A stretch of DNA of 16,612 nucleotides, from assembly GCA_043816785.1 (NCBI GenBank), contig JBDRHP010000009.1:1-16612 (forward strand), given 5' to 3'. Source of the DNA: Candidatus Margulisiibacteriota bacterium (GTDB taxonomy: Bacteria > Margulisbacteria > WOR-1 > O2-12-FULL-45-9). The notes under the pieces are model-generated. The model did no database searches. It was not told the DNA's origin and worked only from the letters and a program-made list of their open reading frames with translations. Both the position numbers and the translations under genes were made by a program. Positions 1-6,122 of this stretch are shown here, one piece after another; within the stretch, counting starts at the first letter, position 1, and each line of letters opens with the position of its first letter.

Positions 1-32
1 GCATTTTTATTTGCCCTTATTCCCAAAAACTT

Positions 33-61
33 TTGACAAAGCATTTGCTGGGGCATATAAT
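33..61 (+). promoter_or_regulatory. sigma70-type promoter for the NHL-repeat gene
   Basis: Perfect consensus TTGACA (33-38), 17-bp spacer, TATAAT (56-61); SD-like AGGAGA at 78-83 before ATG 91. Confidence 0.85.
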
Positions 62-90
62 TAAATCATTATTTCTTAGGAGACAAATAT

Positions 91-1254
91 ATGAAAAAAT
101 ATATCGTTGGTTCGGTCTTGATCCTGGGTTTGACCGTTATAGCTATTGCTATAACCGCTTATAAACAACCGCTCCAATTTATTCAGGTCTCATCACCACC
201 TACTTTTGTCAAAGCTTGGGGAATTGAGGGGTCAGGAAACAGCCAGTTTAAGAACCCTTCGGGCATTGCAACAGATTCTTTAGGAAATGTATACGTTATT
301 GACAGCGGAAATTATCGCGTTGAGAAATTTAGTTCGGATGGGGTATATCAAAAAGACTGGACATGTGGAAATCCGGGAAGCGTAACAACAGGGATCACAA
401 TTAACGATAATGATCGCATTATTGTTACCTTTGGAGACCTTGATCCAGAAACTCCAGGAGCTGTGGGCATAAGCAAGACCAACGGCCAGTTACTTAATTC
501 AATGGCCCTTCATGCCAAGGACAAAACGCTTGACGAGGAGCTTGGTTATCCGCAAGGGGTAGCCGCTGGCCAAGGCTGGGATGTCTTTATAGCCACAAAT
601 TATCATGTTGTAAAATTTAATTCTTCTAATTTTAATTTAATACAATCATGGGGCGGCAAAGGGGCAGGAATTGGTAAATTCGACCAAATTAAAGGAGTTG
701 CGGTTGGTCCCAAGGGCAATGTATATGTTGTTGATGCAAATAACCACCGCATTCAAAAATTTGATTCAAACGGAAATTATCTGACTAAATGGGAAAGCAA
801 AGGGTCTGGCGCTGGCCAATTCCTTGAGCCCAAGGGGATCACAGTTGATACCGCTGGCAACGTATACGTTACTGATATAGAGAATGATTGTATTCAAAAA
901 TTTGATTCTAATTGCGAATTTATAACAAAATGGGGAGAAATTGGCGAGGAAAACGGTGAATTTGATAATCCCCATGACATTGCAGTCCACTCTGGAAGCA
1001 TCTATGTAGCTGATACCTCTAATCACCGCATCCAAAAGTTTCAATCTTATATGTTTTCTGCGCCTTTGCGGATAATTAAAGAGCATACCCTTACAACCAT
1101 TAAAAGCCCAACACCACAACCACCAGCTCCAACCTCAACAACAACTCTAAGTCCAGTCATAGAGCCTAAGGCACCTGACGAACAATTAACGCCTACCACG
1201 TCAACAGTGTTAACCACTACAACCACACGACAAATCAGAAGATTTCAGCGGTAG
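91..1254 (+). CDS. Exported/membrane-anchored NHL-repeat (6-bladed beta-propeller) protein with Pro/Thr-rich C-terminal tail
   Basis: N-terminal MKK plus hydrophobic stretch; repeated NHL motifs (GxGxGQFxxPxGIAxDxxGNVYVxDxxNxRIQKFDSNG); low-complexity P/T tail ending RQIRRFQR. Confidence 0.9.
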   Translation: MKKYIVGSVLILGLTVIAIAITAYKQPLQFIQVSSPPTFVKAWGIEGSGNSQFKNPSGIATDSLGNVYVIDSGNYRVEKFSSDGVYQKDWTCGNPGSVTTGITINDNDRIIVTFGDLDPETPGAVGISKTNGQLLNSMALHAKDKTLDEELGYPQGVAAGQGWDVFIATNYHVVKFNSSNFNLIQSWGGKGAGIGKFDQIKGVAVGPKGNVYVVDANNHRIQKFDSNGNYLTKWESKGSGAGQFLEPKGITVDTAGNVYVTDIENDCIQKFDSNCEFITKWGEIGEENGEFDNPHDIAVHSGSIYVADTSNHRIQKFQSYMFSAPLRIIKEHTLTTIKSPTPQPPAPTSTTTLSPVIEPKAPDEQLTPTTSTVLTTTTTRQIRRFQR

Positions 1255-1266
1255 GACTGCTTTCAG

Positions 1267-1295
1267 TTGCCCGCTTGATCTTTTCATGATATGCT
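1267..1295 (+). promoter_or_regulatory. Probable sigma70 promoter for ORF 1313
   Basis: TTGCCC (1267-1272), 17 bp, TATGCT (1290-1295) preceded by an extended -10 TGn. Confidence 0.5.
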
Positions 1296-1312
1296 AGTTC
1301 AAGAGAGCATTC

Positions 1313-1525
1313 ATGCTTGTTAGATCCCTACAAATTTTACTTTTGGTCCTATTTCTGCAGTTTTCCTCTTTTGCAGAAAGCAGGATAATTCCCTTTCAAA
1401 TAGCCAAGGAAAGGACTTATTTTAATAGCCCCCAGCTGACGCTTGATTCAGTTGAGTACAATACCCTGATCCTTCGCCTGGAAGCCCAGCAAAGCGGCTC
1501 CGGTATCCGCAAAATTATCATTTAA
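1313..1525 (+). pseudogene. 5' fragment of a secreted protein gene truncated by the IS
   Basis: Sec-type signal peptide (MLVRSLQILLLVLFLQFSSFA) and ~44 mature residues; the frame then runs into the IS left end at ~1508, with the last codons and stop supplied by the inverted repeat. Confidence 0.65.
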
Positions 1526-2490
1526 AATGCGACACCCTGTATACTTTCTAAGGGGTTAAACCTGAAGAAAGGGGTGTTGGCAAATGAATCGTTACACAAT
1601 ATTCGAAGTGGCCTAGGAATTGCACCTGGCGGGCTTAAAGCCAGCGGCAATAGGCCAAAGAGTGAATCGAGATCGAGCCACCGTCTACCGCTGGATCGCT
1701 CAAATCAAAATACTAGGGATTCGTGAATTCATTAGAAAAAAGAAAGAGTGTAAAAGGCGAAGACAAAAAAGAAAGCTGCTTGGAATTGTCCCGGCAAAAA
1801 TAAGAAGCATTCGCAGCGAAACCGGTTGGTGCGGCCAAAAGATCGCTAAAGAATTATTGGAAAACCACGCCGTAAGAATCCCCGTCCCAACCATCTACCG
1901 GGTCTTGAAGCAAGACTTTGAACTGGGCGCTGCTTCCAAACCCCATCAGTATCGCGGAGAAACTCCCAAAGCCACGCAGCCCTGCGAAGTCATCCAGCAC
2001 GATACCGTCAATTTCGGCGAACTCTTTGCCCACACTAGTATTGATGTCTTTACCAAAGAGCCGGCCGTTGTCATTGTCGATAACCTGGAAAGCGAAACCG
2101 GCGTCAAAGCCTTCTTTCAGCAAAAAGCCTTCTATGGGCCAGCCAAGCTTCACCAGACCGACGAAGGATCTGAATTTAAAGGGGGTTATCCTTCTGCTGT
2201 TGAAAAAGCCGGCAGTCAGCATCGGTTTGCGAGACCCTACAAAAAGAATGATCAAGCCTTTATTGAAAACTTCAACCGCAGTCTTAGAAGCGAATGTTTG
2301 GGGTGGGTAAAATACCGAAAGGAGGAAAAAATTGCTGTGCAGAAAATGGTTAATGAATACCTCCGGCGCTTCATTAACCGCCGCTGGCACATGGGCCTTC
2401 CCAACATGATGACACCGGCTCAATTCAAACTATGGTATACTCAAAATAAGAAAGTTAATGGGGTTGTCGCATTTGCGCCTTAACGTTGCG
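1508..2490 (+). mobile_element. Insertion sequence (~983 bp), DDE/rve transposase, IS481/IS3-superfamily-like
   Basis: Imperfect terminal IRs: left CGCAAAATTATCATTTAAAATGCGACA (1508-1534); right, reverse-complemented, CGCAACGTTAAGGCGCAAATGCGACA (2490-2465). Flanks GTATC (1503-1507) and GAATC (2491-2495). A single transposase frame fills the element. Exact ends uncertain by a few bp. Confidence 0.85.
1584..2483 (+). pseudogene. Transposase (HTH + integrase core) with in-frame TAG at codon 11
   Basis: SD-like AAAGGGGTG then ATG 1584: MNRYTIFEVA*ELHLAG..., continuing in frame into the 1620-2483 ORF. HTH (AIGQRVNRDRATVYRW); DDE motifs IQHDTV, QTDEGSEF, FIENFNRSLRSE. Stop lies inside the right IR. 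Confidence 0.8.
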
Positions 2491-2495
2491 GAATC

Positions 2496-2524
2496 TTGCT
2501 TAAATTGCCCATTTTGCCTATAAT
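2496..2524 (+). promoter_or_regulatory. sigma70 promoter, probably yielding a leaderless mRNA
   Basis: TTGCTT (2496-2501), 17 bp, TATAAT (2519-2524); ATG at 2532 is only 7 nt downstream and has no SD. Confidence 0.6.
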
Positions 2525-2531
2525 TATCAAT

Positions 2532-3065
2532 ATGCTTTCTAATACCAAAATTTTGGTTCTTGTCTTACTTTTATCACTTCTTTGCGCAACAACCTCATCT
2601 GCTATGAAAGTTGAGAACTTACCACTGGTATCAGATGCCCATCTTGGGTTTATTACTGGTATTGGAGAAGGTGTTGGCATTGGGTTTGACGCTGGCTTTA
2701 ATCTTTTAGGGCTAAAGATCGGCCCGGAGTTTGAGCAGGTCATCACCAATGTGGATTATTCAGCTGGCATCAATGCAACACGCTTTGGCGGCTTTATAAA
2801 CAGGCAGTTATTTGACGGCTTTTATATCAATTTTCACATGGGAAAATTTGATTTTCAGATAAAAAACAGCGATATTGTATATAATTATAATGGCCAAGAT
2901 TATAGGCTTTTAGCTGGCGCAAGTACTTATAGCGGGGTTTATCAGGCAGTTTCCATTGACTACTTATGGCAGGGCTATTTATTTACCCCAAAGTTTTTAA
3001 TTAATGAGATCCAGGACCAGGGAAAAATAACCGAATTTAACCTCAATATTGGCCGCAGTTTCTAG
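2532..3065 (+). CDS. Small outer-membrane beta-barrel protein (probably ~8 strands)
   Basis: Signal peptide MLSNTKILVLVLLLSLLCATTSSA; alternating amphipathic Gly/aromatic strands; C-terminal Phe motif EFNLNIGRSF. Start moved from TTG 2496 to ATG 2532. Confidence 0.7.
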   Translation: MLSNTKILVLVLLLSLLCATTSSAMKVENLPLVSDAHLGFITGIGEGVGIGFDAGFNLLGLKIGPEFEQVITNVDYSAGINATRFGGFINRQLFDGFYINFHMGKFDFQIKNSDIVYNYNGQDYRLLAGASTYSGVYQAVSIDYLWQGYLFTPKFLINEIQDQGKITEFNLNIGRSF

Positions 3066-3073
3066 TAATAACG

Positions 3074-3100
3074 CAAGTTTTTCCTATTTTAACACGATAA
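3074..3100 (+). promoter_or_regulatory. sigma28 (FliA/SigD)-like promoter
   Basis: CAAG-N15-CACGATAA versus consensus TAAA-N15-GCCGATAA. Confidence 0.5.
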
Positions 3101-3122
3101 TTAATATAAGAGAGTACCTATA

Positions 3123-4520
3123 ATGAGTACCCAAGGAATTACATTTGAAATGCCGGTATATACACCGGTTTATAACGTCCAGCGCAACATTCTGGAAGCC
3201 ACTTTAAATGCCAACCAGGGGGCATCGAGAGAAGTCGTTGCCGAGGAGATATTCCATGCCCTGCAAACCTCAGGCTTTTTCCCTCCAGAAGCGCTTTACG
3301 AAGACTATGAAAGTGACCTGATCGGCATCATCGAGGACCGCGACAATGACGGTTATTTTGACGTGAGCCTGAGTGATCTGAATGCGGTTTTCTCCGCTGA
3401 TTTTACCCAAAGCCCTGACAATGCCGACCTCAGAGAAAGCATTCAAAACATGCCTTTGTTTGAAACATACTTCCAGGATACCGTTTCCTTAAGTATGCCG
3501 ACCGTCCAACCAGCCCAAAGCGGGAATCCAGCGCTTGCTTCCATGACATTCAGCGAAGCGCAAAGTTATTTTAGGACCACATATTCCAAAGGTTCATGGG
3601 ATGAGGCTCGATTAAACCAATTCAGAAATGACGTCCAAACTTTCATGGACAGCCATTTTACGGCGACCCCGGTCCAAAGCGTTGGTGAAGCTGCTGATGC
3701 GGTAAATGACAATCTGCCGACAGTATCTGATGACCTTTTTGCCCAAATGTCCAGGGATCCGCAGGGTAGGGTAAGGGTCGATTGCGGGGTGTACGCAAGC
3801 ATATATCAGTCCATCTTTAAAGCCGCAAAAATGGAAACTGGATTTGCTTACGTAGTGGTGCAAATGCCAGACAACAGCATTGGCGGTCATGTCGTAGCTT
3901 ACGGCATGCGGGGAAGCGATATCGTCCTGGGAAACAACGCGACAGTGGAAACCTTGCAGAACGGCAATGCCGTCAGCCTGCGCGCGTTGATCGACGAAAC
4001 CTCCAGAGGCATGGGGCAGATCCTGTCAACCAATTTTGCATCATCCATTGCCGAGGCAAATAAGCTCGCAAATTCAAAACTAGGAGTCGTACTAAGATAT
4101 TTCAACAGCGCGAACAACAGTGTCCTTAATAATCTAAAGGTCATCCTTACTTTATCGCTGAACACGGATGAATTGGCCCAGAATCTGCCGCAGGATATTC
4201 TCAATACCCACAGAACGGATACATCCCAGCTTATAGACACTGCCATTGCTGATATGCAGCATATGATAGATAACGTGGACAACTCTTCTTCTTTTGAATT
4301 CATGGGCATACAGCTTGAGGGCCAGGAAGAGATCAGGGCCTTTGGTAGGCATTTTATTGCGGTTCTTGCGGCAGCAAAAAAATCAATCAATGGCCAGCCT
4401 TTATCGACTCAGGAAACAAGCCGGCTCCAAGCCGCCCAAACATATTTCTGCCAGTTCAATACAGAGGATGCCAGCTACGGGATCTGCGTCCTTGCCACAC
4501 AATTGTTTTCTGCGGAATAA
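3123..4520 (+). CDS. Hypothetical 465-aa protein with a putative transglutaminase/papain-like Cys-His-Asn domain
   Basis: Long clean ORF; VDC221GVYA...GGH256VVAY...GN271N spacing resembles transglutaminase-like cores; EF-hand-like loop DRDNDGYFD; no signal peptide. Confidence 0.65.
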   Translation: MSTQGITFEMPVYTPVYNVQRNILEATLNANQGASREVVAEEIFHALQTSGFFPPEALYEDYESDLIGIIEDRDNDGYFDVSLSDLNAVFSADFTQSPDNADLRESIQNMPLFETYFQDTVSLSMPTVQPAQSGNPALASMTFSEAQSYFRTTYSKGSWDEARLNQFRNDVQTFMDSHFTATPVQSVGEAADAVNDNLPTVSDDLFAQMSRDPQGRVRVDCGVYASIYQSIFKAAKMETGFAYVVVQMPDNSIGGHVVAYGMRGSDIVLGNNATVETLQNGNAVSLRALIDETSRGMGQILSTNFASSIAEANKLANSKLGVVLRYFNSANNSVLNNLKVILTLSLNTDELAQNLPQDILNTHRTDTSQLIDTAIADMQHMIDNVDNSSSFEFMGIQLEGQEEIRAFGRHFIAVLAAAKKSINGQPLSTQETSRLQAAQTYFCQFNTEDASYGICVLATQLFSAE

Positions 4521-4562
4521 ACCACGTTGAGAACAAGTCTAGTCCATTTTGCCTGCCTAGCT

Positions 4563-4589
4563 GAAATTCCGCGCTTGATTTACCGAAAC
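4563..4589 (+). promoter_or_regulatory. Second sigma28-like promoter
   Basis: GAAA-N15-ACCGAAAC, ending 10 nt before ATG 4600. Confidence 0.35.
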
Positions 4590-4599
4590 ATTCTTAATC

Positions 4600-5946
4600 A
4601 TGGGTATCAGCCGAACAAATGCGAACCGTTCCCATCAACTTCTGGACAAAATGACCAGATCGTTGGCCAGAATAATCTACAATCGCGGCCTGGCCAGGCT
4701 GGATCAGAGAAAACTTGAGCCAGCTGATGTCTCCCCGGAATATTTGGCAGCTGTCTTGACGAAAGCCCTGGAAGGAGATGGTGCCTTACCAATAAAGGAG
4801 CACTTATTCGCTGCGGTAACTTATAAAAACCGGCCTGATCTTTCGCCATTGCAGTTAATTTTACCCAGGAGTATGTCTGACACAATTCAGCTGATCCGCG
4901 TCAGGATCTCACAAAAATTCCCTCACTTAATGACAAAAATCAATTCTTTTGAAAATCAGTCAAATCAGGGCAGGCGGCTGGCCGCCAAAAAGGCTGCGCT
5001 GCAAGACGAAATCTCTGCGATAGGTGCCAGCGTGCTCTTAAAGAGCTCTGGTGTCAGCTCATATCAACTGGCGCCATTCTCGGGCTCATACACCCAAGCA
5101 ATTATTGAAAGCTTTCCGTTATTAGAGCTGGAAGCAACCGGCTTTAGTATGAAATGGGTTGACCGCAAAGCTGCAGTAGCTGAAATCAGAAAAAAAATAT
5201 TTCGAGCTTATCCGGATATGGAAATTGAAATTGTAGAAATCGAGAATCTGCTAAAAATGGAACAAAGCGTTGGGCGAAGGCAGCTAAATCGCGTTAGAAG
5301 TAGATTAATGCGGATTACATCACGCGATCTGATTGCAGCCGGCCTGGAATATTTATATCGCAGAACATTAAATGATCAAGCCGATGCAGTGCCTGATATC
5401 ATTAAATTGGCTTTTCCTTTACTTCATCTGGGCGAAAGAGCTTACTATATAGGTGAATATGACTTGGCTGATCACCAGGATCTACAAGAAATTATGGAGT
5501 TTTTTATGGCTCATTTTGAGGTTAATCAGCCTGAGGATCTAGCGCTCCATGGTCGACCCAGAATATCAATAACATTACCAGATGGGACTCAAATCAGCCT
5601 TAGAAAGATCTTAACCAGGCTAGCTGAGCGCGTTATCCCTAATACCTGGCATTTTATCAGAACAAATCGCTTAAAACCGATCAAGCTCACTAATGCGCAA
5701 GTCTTTGACTTAGTGCTGGAGTTTATTTGTTGCAAAAAAAGGACCCAGGAACGCGTTTATAAAGAGTTTATAAGAGTCAAATCATTTCACAGGTATTTTA
5801 ATGTAGATATGCCCATGCTGGGTAGCCAGTTCGTGATCAAATATGGCCCCAAAGCAGTGGAATACATCTATGGTATGTCTTATGAGAACTTTGTTGTGGC
5901 AATAAGGCAGGGCATTCCGTTTAAAAACATCCTCGAATCTCGCTGA
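4600..5946 (+). CDS. Hypothetical 448-aa basic, helical protein with an internal ~100-aa duplication
   Basis: Long ORF; two units IRxxIxxx(F/Y)P...GRR...IIxx(x)FPLLxL; no signal peptide or TM segment. Confidence 0.7.
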   Translation: MGISRTNANRSHQLLDKMTRSLARIIYNRGLARLDQRKLEPADVSPEYLAAVLTKALEGDGALPIKEHLFAAVTYKNRPDLSPLQLILPRSMSDTIQLIRVRISQKFPHLMTKINSFENQSNQGRRLAAKKAALQDEISAIGASVLLKSSGVSSYQLAPFSGSYTQAIIESFPLLELEATGFSMKWVDRKAAVAEIRKKIFRAYPDMEIEIVEIENLLKMEQSVGRRQLNRVRSRLMRITSRDLIAAGLEYLYRRTLNDQADAVPDIIKLAFPLLHLGERAYYIGEYDLADHQDLQEIMEFFMAHFEVNQPEDLALHGRPRISITLPDGTQISLRKILTRLAERVIPNTWHFIRTNRLKPIKLTNAQVFDLVLEFICCKKRTQERVYKEFIRVKSFHRYFNVDMPMLGSQFVIKYGPKAVEYIYGMSYENFVVAIRQGIPFKNILESR

Positions 5947-5964
5947 ATTTCTGTACATATCACA

Positions 5965-5973
5965 TGTGGATAA
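5965..5973 (-). promoter_or_regulatory. Perfect DnaA box (TTATCCACA)
   Basis: TGTGGATAA on the + strand, intergenic; function here unknown. Confidence 0.55.
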
Positions 5974-6037
5974 GCTTGGGGTGATGTATTATTTGGCGTC
6001 CTTATAAGTAAAAACAGCTAATCATCACCCTCAGCCA

Positions 6038-6065
6038 ACTTGACATAAGATATATTATGCGACGT
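6038..6065 (-). other. dif: dif-like XerC/XerD recombination site
   Basis: The - strand reads ACGTCGCATAA-TATATC-TTATGTCAAGT versus E. coli dif GGTGCGCATAA-TGTATA-TTATGTTAAAT (11-6-11 layout). Intergenic, exactly at the gene-orientation switch. Confidence 0.85.
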
Positions 6066-6122
6066 AGACATTTGCCGCATATTAAGCTGTTTAAGCTCCC
6101 CCCACAGATACGTTCGAGAGGT

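Noticed and set aside
1614..1616. Genome-wide TAG recoding or pyrrolysine
   Set aside because: TAG cleanly ends the genes at 1254 and 3065, and no other gene is interrupted.
1918..2310. Overlapping 130-aa ORF as an IS3-type frameshift partner
   Set aside because: HTH and DDE are already in one frame; this ORF is Ser/Pro/Lys-rich with no motifs.
1..6037. Xer-integrated element (IMEX) or pdif module
   Set aside because: No second dif-like site, replication gene or phage gene seen in the window; cannot be excluded beyond the left edge.
6040..6070. sigma70 promoter from TTGACA at 6040
   Set aside because: The hexamer is part of the XerD arm; no -10 at 17 bp and no downstream + strand gene.
5947..6122. 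oriC
   Set aside because: Only one perfect DnaA box; genes converge rather than diverge; the dif site and KOPS-like polarity indicate a terminus; no dnaA or dnaN nearby.
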